Assembly (NCBI GenBank): GCA_002392945.1
Contig: DGHZ01000010.1
Coordinates: 1-53,599, forward strand
Length of the DNA stretch: 53,599 nt
Origin: Bacillales bacterium UBA3835
Lineage (GTDB): Bacteria > Bacillota_I > Bacilli_A > RFN20 > CAG-826
Reading direction: 5' to 3'
Below, one piece after another: positions 16,054 through 25,140 of this stretch. Numbering within the stretch: position 1 is the first letter of the stretch; each line of letters begins with the position of its first letter. A program made the position numbers and the translations under genes. Below the pieces are notes generated by a model. It was not told the origin of the DNA, made no database searches, and was given only the letters and a program-made list of their open reading frames with translations.

Positions 16054-16256
16054 TTGAAATCTTATTGCTAATTACGTACATTAATAGTTGTTCATCGTTA
16101 AAATGATGAATAATTACTTAAGCAAGAACAAAATTGGGGGCCTTTATCAATTGTCATGGTAAAGGAAGAGTGAGGCCAATTAGCATATATAAGCAAGTCG
16201 GGTTGTGACAAAATCGTTTGCTGAAAAGAGGATGGGCTAAACACATCCTCGTTTTT
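16054..16256 (+). ncRNA. Candidate orphan small RNA (promoter-like TTGAAA-17-TACATT, three hairpins, terminator)
   Basis: -35 TTGAAA at 16054-16059 and -10 TACATT at 16077-16082. Hairpins are TTCATC/GATGAA (16091-16110), AATTGG..[CCTTTA/TAAAGG]..CCAATT (16132-16180) and AGCAAG/TTTGCT. The terminator is GAGGATG-GGCTAAACA-CATCCTC plus GTTTTT (16229-16256). No ORF of 60 aa or more and no downstream same-strand gene. Strand and ends are not certain. Confidence 0.35.
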
Positions 16257-16280
16257 ATTAACTTTGATTCAATCAATATA

Positions 16281-16314
16281 ATAAAAGCGTAGGCTCTCAA
16301 TTCCTACGCTTTTC
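16281..16314. terminator. Intrinsic terminator of the M3 peptidase gene (bidirectional shape)
   Basis: Hairpin AGCGTAGG-CTCTCAATT-CCTACGCT flanked by AAAA and TTTT, 6 nt after the stop of the minus-strand gene. Confidence 0.7.
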
Positions 16315-16319
16315 TTATA

Positions 16320-18029
16320 CTAGAACTTTGAAGTATCAAACTCTTTAAGAACTTTGAGAAGTGGGTGAATATTCTTTTTCACATTTCCTTCTTCAAATGG
16401 ATTTCTTAAATGTACTTTTTCTAGTAAACCAGTAAATGGAAGCGTTCCACCTAATTTACAGAGTTTGACATATTTCTTCCAAGCTTTTTCATGGTTTTTA
16501 AGATCTTCCGCTAAAAATTGGAAGGCCACCACTTGAGCAAGAGTGTAATCAATGTAGTAGAATGGGGTTCCAAAGACATGAGATTGTCTCATCCATCTAG
16601 TACCTTTATTCATAGTTGGACAATAGTCATATCTAGAATGTGGGAGGTTGATGGATTCAATTTCTTTATATTTAGCACATCTTTCTTTGTGAGTAGCGTT
16701 AGGATGCTCATAGACCCAGTGTTGGAATTCATCAATGGTAATACCATATGGTAAGAATTCAATCGCATCACATAAATGAGAATATTTATATTTTTCAGCA
16801 TCTTTACCAAAGAATAAATTCATATATGGCCAGGTAAAGAATTCCATACTCATAGAGTGAATTTCACAGCTCTCTAAAGTAGGATTTTGATATTCTGGAA
16901 TTTTAATTCCACTACTGAGGTAAGCTTGGAAAGCGTGACCTCCTTCGTGACAAAGAACATTCACATCCCCTTCAGTGCCGTTGAAGTTAGAGAAGATGAA
17001 CGGGGTTTTATATTCTGAGAAATATGTACAATATCCTCCAGGAGCTTTACCTGCTCTAGCATCTAAATCCATCAAATGATTGTCTATCATTAAATGAATG
17101 AAGTCAGCGGATTCCTTAGACATTTTTTCATACATCGTTTTAGCGTGTCCCACTAAGACTTTAGAATCGCCAACTGGAGTTGGATTACCGCTTAAGAATT
17201 TAAGATTATAGTCAAATGTTTGAGGGTCTTTAATTCCTAATCCTTTCATTTGGGCTTTATAAAGTTTTTGAGCGATAGGGACTACTTCTTCTCTAATTTG
17301 GTCTCTATAGCCTTTTACCATCTTCGCGCTATAGTCGGTCCTACCTAAACGGATATAACCAAGTTCAATAAAGTTCTTATAACCAAGTTTTTTGGCCATT
17401 CCATCTCTTAGATGGACTAATTTATCATAGATATCACCAATTTCTTTTTCGTGTTCACCCATCCATTTGTCCATCGCAATACTAGCTTCTTTTCTAGTTT
17501 CTCGATCTTTATCAGACATAAATTTACCAAGTTGAGATAAGTTATAAACTTGTCCTCTAAATTCGATTTGGGCAGTTCCTAATACTTCATCATATTTTGA
17601 AGTTAATTTGTTCTCTTCAATCAAATCAGGAATAATTTTTGGATCAAACGCTTTTTGGTTATTCTCATAGATTTTAAAAAGATATTTTCCATAAATCTTT
17701 TCTAAATCTTTACGATATTTAGCTTTTAAAAGAATCTTTTCAAATTCATTGGAATATTTAGAAAATACTGGGCTTAGCTCATCAACTTTATCTTGAGCAT
17801 TCTTATAGATTTTGTTTCTTGTATCTAAAGAATATTTCACGGAAATAACACCAACATCTGTAGAAAGTTCAGACATGTATTTATTCCAATGCTTAACAGC
17901 AAGTTTCGCGGTAAGGGCACTGCCACATTCCTCTAAATCCTTAATCAAAGATTCCATCTTATTAATGGTTCTTTTTTCAGTAGGTACCCTAAAAGGGTAT
18001 TCTTCAAATTTTAAGTTTTTATCTTTCAT
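16320..18029 (-). CDS. M3 family oligoendopeptidase (PepF-like)
   Basis: ORF track 569 aa. Zinc motif HEGGHAF plus the downstream E of thimet/M3 peptidases. Length and overall pattern fit PepF-type enzymes. Confidence 0.88.
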   Translation of the reverse strand: MKDKNLKFEEYPFRVPTEKRTINKMESLIKDLEECGSALTAKLAVKHWNKYMSELSTDVGVISVKYSLDTRNKIYKNAQDKVDELSPVFSKYSNEFEKILLKAKYRKDLEKIYGKYLFKIYENNQKAFDPKIIPDLIEENKLTSKYDEVLGTAQIEFRGQVYNLSQLGKFMSDKDRETRKEASIAMDKWMGEHEKEIGDIYDKLVHLRDGMAKKLGYKNFIELGYIRLGRTDYSAKMVKGYRDQIREEVVPIAQKLYKAQMKGLGIKDPQTFDYNLKFLSGNPTPVGDSKVLVGHAKTMYEKMSKESADFIHLMIDNHLMDLDARAGKAPGGYCTYFSEYKTPFIFSNFNGTEGDVNVLCHEGGHAFQAYLSSGIKIPEYQNPTLESCEIHSMSMEFFTWPYMNLFFGKDAEKYKYSHLCDAIEFLPYGITIDEFQHWVYEHPNATHKERCAKYKEIESINLPHSRYDYCPTMNKGTRWMRQSHVFGTPFYYIDYTLAQVVAFQFLAEDLKNHEKAWKKYVKLCKLGGTLPFTGLLEKVHLRNPFEEGNVKKNIHPLLKVLKEFDTSKF

Positions 18030-18040
18030 GGATTTTCTCC

Positions 18041-19648
18041 TTATTTTTCAATTAATGACTCACCAGTCATTTCTTTAGGTTTCTCCACTCCTAAGAGTTC
18101 TAAGATAGTAGGAGCAATATCGGCTAACTTGCCTTCTTTTTGTCTAAGTTTTAAACCGACTCTATTAATACAGAATGGCACTAAGTTAGTAGTATGAGCA
18201 GTCATTGGTTTACCGTTTTCATCTAAGATTTCTTCAGCGTTACCATGGTCTGCTGTCACTAAGAGAGTTCCACCATTTTCATCACACCACTTAATGATTT
18301 CACCAACACAATGGTCAACCGTTTCAACGGCTTTAACACAAGCATCATGAACCGCAGTATGACCAACCATATCACAGTTAGCGAAGTTTAAGATGACAAC
18401 ATCTAAATCATGTTTATTTAATTCTTTAAGTAGAGCTTCAAGCACTAATGGTGCACTCATTTCTGGTTGCATATCATAAGTAGGAACTTTAGGAGAGTTA
18501 ATTAATACTCTTCTACATCCCTGAAGTTCAGGACGTTCTACTCCATCAAAGTTCATCGTCCCATCAAAGAAGAAAGTGACATGAGCGTATTTCTCAGTTT
18601 CCGCAATTCTTAATTGAGTGAAACCTTTATCAGCTAAATATTGACCTAAGATGTTATTAAGTTTTTGAGGTTCAAAAGCGATAACACCTTTAACGCTATC
18701 GGCGTATTTCATCGTACAAACATAGAAAATATTTTTTAATGCATGTGCAGGTTTATATGGCTTCCAAGCTAAAGAACCATCATCTTTTTTAATAGGATAC
18801 TCATAGAAATCTGGATTAGTGAATAAAGTTGAGATTTGAATCGCTCTATCTGGACGATAATTCATAAAAATAATCGCATCGTTATCAGAGATTCTTCCAT
18901 CAACTTTAGCGTTATAGTGAGGAATTAAGAATTCATCACTGCTAGCCTTACCTAATTTTGGTAATTCTTCGTTATATTCATATTTGAAGAAGTCATGATA
19001 ATCATCAAAACTTGGGCCATCATGATCCACCATTAAGCGATAATGAACATCAACACGGTCCATGTTTTTATCTCTATCCATGCCCCAATATCTACCACCA
19101 ATATCAGCAATATGACCAAAATGTAATTCATTCATCTTCTTTTGAATCATATCAACGTATTTAACGCCAGCTTGAGGATCGACATCTCTTCCATCCATAA
19201 AGCAGTGCATATAGACATCGTCTAATCCACTTTTAGCGGCGAGTTCAATAATGGCTAATATGTGATTGATGTGAGAGTGAACTCCACCATCACTAACTAA
19301 ACCAAAGATGTGTAACTTTGAGTGATATTTTTTCGCGTGTTCAATGGCAGCTAAATATTTCTCGTTTTTGAAGAAGTCGCCATCTTTAATCGACTTATTA
19401 ATAAGGGTTAAAGATTGATAAACAATTCTTCCTGCTCCCATATTCATATGTCCGACTTCTGAGTTACCCATTTGCCCATCAGGAAGTCCGACATATTCTC
19501 CAGAAGCATTAATTTCTGTATAAGAATATTTCTTAAAATAAGCATCTAGATTTGGCTTTTTGGCATCGTAAACGGCGTTGCCAACTGGGTTATGTCTAAT
19601 TCCATAACCATCCATGATGCAAAGAATGACTGGTTTTTTATTTTCCAT
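18041..19648 (-). CDS. gpmI: 2,3-bisphosphoglycerate-independent phosphoglycerate mutase
   Basis: ORF track, trimmed to MENKKPVILCIMDG because GGAAAGGA lies upstream of the ATG at 19648. Motifs NSEVGHMNMGAGR, DGGVHSH, ADHGNAE and NCDMVGHTG-like (NCDMVGHTA). Confidence 0.95.
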   Translation of the reverse strand: MENKKPVILCIMDGYGIRHNPVGNAVYDAKKPNLDAYFKKYSYTEINASGEYVGLPDGQMGNSEVGHMNMGAGRIVYQSLTLINKSIKDGDFFKNEKYLAAIEHAKKYHSKLHIFGLVSDGGVHSHINHILAIIELAAKSGLDDVYMHCFMDGRDVDPQAGVKYVDMIQKKMNELHFGHIADIGGRYWGMDRDKNMDRVDVHYRLMVDHDGPSFDDYHDFFKYEYNEELPKLGKASSDEFLIPHYNAKVDGRISDNDAIIFMNYRPDRAIQISTLFTNPDFYEYPIKKDDGSLAWKPYKPAHALKNIFYVCTMKYADSVKGVIAFEPQKLNNILGQYLADKGFTQLRIAETEKYAHVTFFFDGTMNFDGVERPELQGCRRVLINSPKVPTYDMQPEMSAPLVLEALLKELNKHDLDVVILNFANCDMVGHTAVHDACVKAVETVDHCVGEIIKWCDENGGTLLVTADHGNAEEILDENGKPMTAHTTNLVPFCINRVGLKLRQKEGKLADIAPTILELLGVEKPKEMTGESLIEK

Positions 19649-19802
19649 AATATTTGTCCTTTCCAAGGCGATATAATTGTAAAAGAAAATTTATTTTCTC
19701 TCAAGCAATATACTCAACAAAAAGAAATAATAATTAATTAGGGTTATTAAATTACCACTATTTTTCAGTGTTAGTAGGGTAATACTGTTAAAAAATGATG
19801 AT

Positions 19803-19831
19803 TTGACCTATATTATCTTTCGTGATAATAT
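19803..19831 (+). promoter_or_regulatory. Sigma-A-type promoter with extended -10 (TTGACC-17 nt-TGATAATAT)
   Basis: -35 TTGACC at 19803-19808 and TG-n-TAATAT at 19823-19831, about 20 nt upstream of the ATG at 19850. Confidence 0.5.
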
Positions 19832-19849
19832 ACCTAACGAGGTAAAATT

Positions 19850-20680
19850 ATGGCCAAACCAATATTAGGAATCATGTATGACTTTGATAAAACATTGTCC
19901 ACGACTGATATGCAAAATTATTCCTTTATTCCGATGGTGGGAATGACTCCAGAAGAATTCTGGGGGGCAACCGGTGAATTTAGTGAAAAATCAGGATGTG
20001 AAAGAATACTTTCATACATGTATATGATGATTGCAAAAGCAAAAGAAAAAGGAATTAAACTTACCCGTGAAGTATTAAGAGAATGTGGTAAATCGATTAA
20101 ATACCATCCAGGAGTTTCAACTTGGTTCACAAGAATTAACGAATACGGAAAGCAAAAAGGGGTTAAGGTTGAACACTATTTAGTCTCAAGCGGAACTAAA
20201 GAGATTTTAGAAGGGTGCTCAATCTATGACTGCTTCACCAATGTATATGGATGTGAATTCTATTATGAAAATGGTGTGCCTGTGTGGCCAAAACTTGCGA
20301 TTAACTACACCCAGAAAACTCAATTCTTCTTTAGAATCGCTAAAGGAGTTACTGATGTCAGAGACGATAATGCCGTTAATGAAAAAAATAGAGATGGCTT
20401 AAGAATTCCATACACCAATATTGCTTATATCGGAGATGGAATGACCGATGTCGCTTGCATGACTCTAGTAAATAAGAACAAGGGCTACTCCATTGGTGTT
20501 TATACTGAAGACAACAAAGAAAAAGTTGCTCAAATTAGAAAAGACCAAAGATGTAAATTCGTTGTTAAAGCTGATTATTCTAAAGACTCAGATATGGAGA
20601 AAGTCTTCAAATTAATCATTGATGACATCGCCACAAGAGCGGACTTAGAAGCTAAAGAACTCGCTCTAGCAAATAAATAA
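19850..20680 (+). CDS. HAD-superfamily hydrolase-like protein
   Basis: ORF track 276 aa. Motif I DFDKTL, SSG(T) motif II and motif IV GDGMTD. Confidence 0.7.
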   Translation: MAKPILGIMYDFDKTLSTTDMQNYSFIPMVGMTPEEFWGATGEFSEKSGCERILSYMYMMIAKAKEKGIKLTREVLRECGKSIKYHPGVSTWFTRINEYGKQKGVKVEHYLVSSGTKEILEGCSIYDCFTNVYGCEFYYENGVPVWPKLAINYTQKTQFFFRIAKGVTDVRDDNAVNEKNRDGLRIPYTNIAYIGDGMTDVACMTLVNKNKGYSIGVYTEDNKEKVAQIRKDQRCKFVVKADYSKDSDMEKVFKLIIDDIATRADLEAKELALANK

Positions 20681-20696
20681 TTATCAAATCAAAATA

Positions 20697-20727
20697 ATAG
20701 ACCGAATTAATTTGGTCTATTTTTTTA
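20697..20727 (+). terminator. Intrinsic terminator
   Basis: Hairpin ATAGACC-GAATTAATTT-GGTCTAT followed by T7. Confidence 0.7.
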
Positions 20728-20763
20728 TACATTTTTAACTATGAGAGTGATACATTATTATGT

Positions 20764-21141
20764 ATGGAAATCAAAGTTGGAGATGTTGTAATCGGTAAAG
20801 TTAACCAGATAAGACCATATGCCTTATTTTTAACTTTTGAAACTGGTCAAAACGGTTTATTACATATCTCAGAACTATCTGATAAATATATTCGAGACAT
20901 TGAAAAATTCGGAACTGTTGGAGACGAGCTAAAAGTGAAAGTACTTTCTATTGATCCTCAAAACGGATTTTTAAGAGTGTCATATAAAGCTATTCCAGAA
21001 GAAGAAAGATATAACACTCATGATGAATCAGTCCACCACTTCGCGCAATTCGATGAGGCGGACTTCCATGACTTAGAAGAAAAACTTCCAGAATGGATTA
21101 GTGAAACATTAAAGAAAGCAGAGGAAGAAAAAGATGATTAA
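20764..21141 (+). CDS. S1 RNA-binding domain protein (general stress protein 13 / YugI-like)
   Basis: ORF track 125 aa. The S1 fold pattern is VGDVVIGKVNQIRPYALFLTFETGQNGLLHISELSDKYIRD...VKVLSID. Acidic tail. Confidence 0.8.
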   Translation: MEIKVGDVVIGKVNQIRPYALFLTFETGQNGLLHISELSDKYIRDIEKFGTVGDELKVKVLSIDPQNGFLRVSYKAIPEEERYNTHDESVHHFAQFDEADFHDLEEKLPEWISETLKKAEEEKDD

Positions 21142-22414
21142 AGTTGACGTTAGTAATGTCATTAGTGAAACTGAAATTGCTAAATATCAAGGTCAAGTCA
21201 CACGTATCAACAAAATGATTGATGACCGTTCTGGCCCAGGAAATGATTATTTAGGTTGGACCACTTGGCCAAAAGATTACGATAAAGAAGAATTAGTTAG
21301 ACTATTAGAGGACGCCAAATATGTCAGAGAACATTTTGACGTATTAGTAGTCGCTGGCATCGGAGGAAGTTATTTAGGAGCAAAATGCGCCTTAGATGCT
21401 TTAAAAGGATTAAAAAGTAGCGATAAACCAGAAATTATTTTCATGGGTCAAACATTCTCTCCAAATTACACTCACCAAGTTTTAGAGTACCTAAAAGATA
21501 AAAACTTCGCTATTAATGTTATTTCTAAAAGTGGCACCACCACTGAAACCTCAATTGCCTTTAGATTATTAAAAGACTTACTTGAGAAAAAAGTTGGTAA
21601 AGAAAAAGCGAGAAAAGCAATCTATGCTGTTACTGATAAAGAAAAAGGTGCTTTAAAAACATTATGTAATAATGAAGGCTACTCCACCTACGTCTTACCA
21701 GGAAATATTGGTGGTAGATATAGCGTTTTAACTCCAGTTGGATTATTCCCACTTGCAGTTGCTGGAGTGGATGTTAAAGCCATGTTAGAAGGTTCATTAA
21801 AAGCTTTAAAAGATTTTGATAATGATGACCTTAAAACTAATATCGCTTATCGCTATGCGGTATCTAGAGATTATATGTACCGTCATAATCGCCCAGTAGA
21901 AATGTTTGTAACTTATGAACCACAAATGTCTCAACTTTCTGAATGGCTTAAGCAACTCTTTGGAGAAAGCGAAGGTAAAGAAAAGAAAGGTTTATTACCA
22001 ACTAGTGCCACTTTTTCTACCGATTTACACTCTTTAGGTCAATTTATTCAAGACGGTTCACCACTTCTATTTGAAACCATCGTTAACATTGTTACTCCTG
22101 AACTTGATGTTACGATTCCAAGCGACAAAGATGATCTTGATGGTTTAAATTATTTAGCCGGAAAGAAATTATCTTTTGTTAATCAAAATGCTTTCCAAGG
22201 AACTTTAAAAGCTCATCAAGAAGATGGAGGGGTGCCTTGTAATATCATCACTATTGATAGACTAGATGCTTATACTCTTGGTTATTTATTCTATTTCTTT
22301 ATGAGAGCCTGTGCGATGAGTGCCTATTTATTAGACATCAATCCATTTAATCAACCAGGCGTGGAAATTTATAAGAAAAACATGTTCCACTTACTAGGTA
22401 AAAAAGGTTACTAA
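21134..22414 (+). CDS. pgi: Glucose-6-phosphate isomerase (short Firmicute type)
   Basis: ORF track 426 aa. Motifs GIGGSYLG, SKSGTTTE, GGRYSVL and LFGESEGK. Overlaps the upstream gene by 8 nt. Confidence 0.95.
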   Translation: MIKVDVSNVISETEIAKYQGQVTRINKMIDDRSGPGNDYLGWTTWPKDYDKEELVRLLEDAKYVREHFDVLVVAGIGGSYLGAKCALDALKGLKSSDKPEIIFMGQTFSPNYTHQVLEYLKDKNFAINVISKSGTTTETSIAFRLLKDLLEKKVGKEKARKAIYAVTDKEKGALKTLCNNEGYSTYVLPGNIGGRYSVLTPVGLFPLAVAGVDVKAMLEGSLKALKDFDNDDLKTNIAYRYAVSRDYMYRHNRPVEMFVTYEPQMSQLSEWLKQLFGESEGKEKKGLLPTSATFSTDLHSLGQFIQDGSPLLFETIVNIVTPELDVTIPSDKDDLDGLNYLAGKKLSFVNQNAFQGTLKAHQEDGGVPCNIITIDRLDAYTLGYLFYFFMRACAMSAYLLDINPFNQPGVEIYKKNMFHLLGKKGY

Positions 22415-22520
22415 ACTATAATAGTTTTTATGCTCAAAAAGTCGCTTCTCAAAAAGGCGATTTTTTTATTGATTTAACTAGGGCATAATGGTATATTATT
22501 GCTTGCGTATCTGCAAAAGC

Positions 22521-22596
22521 GGATGCTTAGCTCAGCTGGGAGAGCATCGCCTTTACACGGCGGAGGTCGGGGGTTCGAGCCCCTCAGCATCCACCA
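22521..22596 (+). tRNA. tRNA-Val (anticodon TAC), CCA encoded
   Basis: Acceptor GGATGCT/AGCATCC, D arm TAGCTCAGCTGGGAGAGCA, anticodon loop TTTACAC, T loop TTCGAGC. Confidence 0.92.
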
Positions 22597-22622
22597 ATAA
22601 CGCGAAGCTATACCAATTAAAT

Positions 22623-22706
22623 GGAGGGGTAGCGAAGAGGCTAAACGCGGCTGACTGTAAATCAGCTCCTTCGGGTTCGGCGGTTCGAATCTGCCCCCCT
22701 CCACCA
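22623..22706 (+). tRNA. tRNA-Tyr (anticodon GTA), long variable arm, CCA encoded
   Basis: Acceptor GGAGGGG/CCCCTCC, anticodon stem GCTGA/TCAGC with loop CTGTAAA, T loop TTCGAAT. Confidence 0.92.
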
Positions 22707-22711
22707 CAAGT

Positions 22712-22787
22712 TGGGGTGTAGCCAAGAGGTAAGGCAACAGACTTTGACTCTGTCATCTCGGTGGTTCGATCCCACCCACCCCAGCCA
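22712..22787 (+). tRNA. tRNA-Gln (anticodon TTG), CCA encoded
   Basis: Acceptor TGGGGTG/CACCCCA, anticodon stem ACAGA/TCTGT with loop CTTTGAC, T arm GGTGG-TTCGATC-CCACC, discriminator G. Confidence 0.92.
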
Positions 22788-22792
22788 ATGAT

Positions 22793-22868
22793 GACTCGCT
22801 AGCTCAGCCGGTAGAGCACTTGACTTTTAATCAAGGGGTCCGGAGTTCGAATCTCCGGCGAGTCACCA
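22793..22868 (+). tRNA. tRNA-Lys (anticodon TTT), CCA encoded
   Basis: Acceptor GACTCGC/GCGAGTC, anticodon stem CTTGA/TCAAG with loop CTTTTAA, T loop TTCGAAT. Confidence 0.92.
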
Positions 22869-22877
22869 ATTAATAGT

Positions 22878-22965
22878 GCCCAGGTGGCGGAATAGGTAGA
22901 CGCACAAGACTTAAAATCTTGCGGTTGTATAAACCGTACCGGTTCGATTCCGGTCCCGGGCACCA
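22878..22965 (+). tRNA. tRNA-Leu (anticodon TAA), long variable arm, CCA encoded
   Basis: Acceptor GCCCAGG/CCCGGGC (A5:C68 mismatch), anticodon stem CAAGA/TCTTG with loop CTTAAAA, T arm ACCGG-TTCGATT-CCGGT. Confidence 0.9.
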
Positions 22966-22972
22966 AAATTGT

Positions 22973-22999
22973 AAAAAACCCTGATCCATTCAGGGTTTT
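22973..22999. terminator. Bidirectional intrinsic terminator after the tRNA cluster
   Basis: A6 - CCCTGA-TCCAT-TCAGGG - T4. Overlaps the stop codon of the convergent minus-strand ORF. Confidence 0.7.
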
Positions 23000-23405
23000 A
23001 ATTTACTTTTTTATGTCGATATTTAATTTTATTAAATAGAGCCTTTATTCCAATAGTAATTCCAATACAAATAACAAGAAACGGAGTGCCTGGCCCTATC
23101 CAAAATAGCCAACACGCACTACCAACTGATAACATTGATATTCTTATTGCCTCATTGCCCCAACAAATAACGGCAATTAAATAAGGAACCCAAACTTCAC
23201 TTGAGACAATTAAAGCGACAAATATAAATATTAATGCAGTTCGCCAATCTCTAATATTGACCCAAATCCAAAGAAACGGAAACGCACATAAATACCAAAC
23301 CCATTTCCAAAATCTTTTGGCTTTACTAGGTTCTTGTCTAATACGAGTTTTCCACTCGTTTTGACTATTTTTAAATTTCTCTTCTACTTCTTTAAACGGC
23401 TTCAT
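22998..23405 (-). CDS. Trp-rich small membrane protein, function unknown
   Basis: ORF track 135 aa. Three or four hydrophobic helices and many Trp residues (RFWKWVWY, FLWIWVNIRDW). 14-nt overlap with the upstream VanZ-like gene. Confidence 0.5.
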   Translation of the reverse strand: MKPFKEVEEKFKNSQNEWKTRIRQEPSKAKRFWKWVWYLCAFPFLWIWVNIRDWRTALIFIFVALIVSSEVWVPYLIAVICWGNEAIRISMLSVGSACWLFWIGPGTPFLVICIGITIGIKALFNKIKYRHKKVN

Positions 23406-23886
23406 GTGTTTTCTTGGATTTTCTTTTCACTAAGTAATAAATCAAATAAACAATTCCAGCAAAACCAATATAACCCGCTAAGTCGATAAAGACATCAGTG
23501 AATGTGCCGTATCTGCCTGGAACAAAAGCTTGTATTAACTCACTAATAATGGCGATAATTACACCTAAGCCTAAGCAAAATAACATATTTTTCCATTTAA
23601 ATTTGTTCATTAAATAATCACTAAATACAAGCAATAAGCTTGTAAATAATCCTGATAATCCGAATAATAAAAAGTGGCCAATTAATTTCCTAAATACATA
23701 TCTAAACGTTTCCACATCAGTGATAGATATTCCGATTGCTTCTAATATTTTCATAAACCAATCACTTAAAGAAGCAGATTGAGACGCACTACCACTTCCG
23801 CCAATAGAAGATTCAACAATAATTAAAACATTCGTAGCAATAGATAATATCAAGAAGATATAAAAGAGAATTTTACGTGACTTCAT
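23392..23886 (-). CDS. VanZ-like family membrane protein
   Basis: ORF track 164 aa. Four TM helices, with the segments KLIGHFLLFGLSG and SELIQAFVPGRYGTFTDVFIDLAGY resembling VanZ family proteins. Confidence 0.65.
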   Translation of the reverse strand: MKSRKILFYIFLILSIATNVLIIVESSIGGSGSASQSASLSDWFMKILEAIGISITDVETFRYVFRKLIGHFLLFGLSGLFTSLLLVFSDYLMNKFKWKNMLFCLGLGVIIAIISELIQAFVPGRYGTFTDVFIDLAGYIGFAGIVYLIYYLVKRKSKKTHEAV

Positions 23887-23938
23887 ACAATTAATAATTG
23901 TATATTAAAATAATAAAAGGGTGCTATAATAAGTTGCT

Positions 23939-25057
23939 ATGGAAAAGGAAGAAATTAAATCTTTAATTGAAAAAGTCCTTGGAAAAGGAAGCGAAATCGT
24001 TTCTCCTTTAGTGGGTGGAATGATGAATATTTCCTATATCATTAAAGATAAAGATAATAAGAAATACGTATTATACATATCTACTGAACAAGCTAATGAA
24101 ATGGTGGATCGTCCTTTAGAAAAGGAACATCAAAAGATTATATCCGCGATTGGTATTACCAGTCAAAATGTCTATTTTGATACTGAAAACGGAATCAAAA
24201 TTAACGAATACATTGAAGGACAATCTTTAGATAGAGTAAGTGAATTTGATTATGAAAAAGTCGCTATGCTATTTAGAGAGCTCCACTCTTCTCCAGTACT
24301 TTCTAAAGCTGACTACGCTCCATTTATAAGATTTACCGAAACTTATGAAAAAGAAGCTTTATCTTTCCAAACTGAAGTATCTCCTTTATATAAAGAATTA
24401 AGAGATTTCTTATTTGCTCATAAAGAATATCTAGAAATGCAAAGAAAAACTCTATGTCATAATGACGCTCAAAGAAGTAATATCATTCAAACTCCAGAAG
24501 ACGAATATTACTTCATCGACTTTGAATTTGTTGGTAATAATGACCCAATTTATGATGTGGCCTGTTTTGGTAATGGCCTAGTGAGTGAAGGAAGAAAACT
24601 TTTAGATAGCTATTTCTTAAATAATCCTAGCCAGGATCAAATAAAAAGATTTTATTTATGGAGGATTTATATCTCACTTCAGTGGTATAATGTAGCAGTC
24701 ACAAAGCATTACCGCGGAGAAGGAGAGAAGCACGGCTTTAACTTCCTAGATGTCGCATCTCACTTCTTAAATAACGCTAAAGATGCTTATGACGGATATA
24801 AATTAGAAATTAAAGATGATAAGGTTATGGATGATACAGAAAAATTAATTATTTCAACATTAGATAAAATTAGACATTTCTTAAGAAAAGATGGAGGAGA
24901 CTGCGAATTTGTTTCCTTTAACGATGGAATAGTCTATGTCAAAATGATTGGAGCCTGTCAAGGCTGCTCCTACGCTTATAGTGATATCAAAGACCTTGTG
25001 GAAGTTATTCTTCAAGAAGAAGTTCCAGGTGTAGTTGAAGTAAGACTTGCGGAATAA
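23939..25057 (+). CDS. Fusion protein: choline/ethanolamine-kinase-like phosphotransferase (N) plus NifU/Nfu-type Fe-S scaffold domain (C)
   Basis: ORF track 372 aa. The kinase part has the Brenner motif CHNDAQRSN and IDFEFVGNNDPIYDVA. The last ~75 aa (IRHFLRKDGGDCEFVSFNDGIVYVKMIGACQGCSYA) match the NifU C-terminal domain with its CxxC. Confidence 0.75.
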   Translation: MEKEEIKSLIEKVLGKGSEIVSPLVGGMMNISYIIKDKDNKKYVLYISTEQANEMVDRPLEKEHQKIISAIGITSQNVYFDTENGIKINEYIEGQSLDRVSEFDYEKVAMLFRELHSSPVLSKADYAPFIRFTETYEKEALSFQTEVSPLYKELRDFLFAHKEYLEMQRKTLCHNDAQRSNIIQTPEDEYYFIDFEFVGNNDPIYDVACFGNGLVSEGRKLLDSYFLNNPSQDQIKRFYLWRIYISLQWYNVAVTKHYRGEGEKHGFNFLDVASHFLNNAKDAYDGYKLEIKDDKVMDDTEKLIISTLDKIRHFLRKDGGDCEFVSFNDGIVYVKMIGACQGCSYAYSDIKDLVEVILQEEVPGVVEVRLAE

Positions 25058-25058
25058 T

Positions 25059-25133
25059 TGGGGTATAGCCAAGCGGTAAGGCATCGGCCTCTGACTCCGA
25101 CATTCCTTGGTTCGATCCCAAGTACCCCAGCCA
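25059..25133 (+). tRNA. tRNA-Gln (anticodon CTG), CCA encoded
   Basis: Acceptor TGGGGTA/TACCCCA, anticodon loop CTCTGAC (C31:U39 mismatch closes the stem), T arm CTTGG-TTCGATC-CCAAG, discriminator G. Starts 2 nt after the stop codon of the upstream CDS. Confidence 0.88.
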
Positions 25134-25140
25134 AATAACA

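Noticed and set aside
16103-16162. 19-codon ORF (MMNNYLSKNKIGGLYQLSW) inside the candidate sRNA
   Set aside because: It has no SD and is neither hydrophobic nor toxin-like. It is too short to support as a coding feature without conservation data.
22474-22756. Three ORF-track entries (87, 77 and 67 aa) across 22474-22756
   Set aside because: They overlap the tRNA-Val/Tyr/Gln genes on both strands. Their GC-rich reading frames are an artefact of tRNA sequence, so they are not protein-coding.
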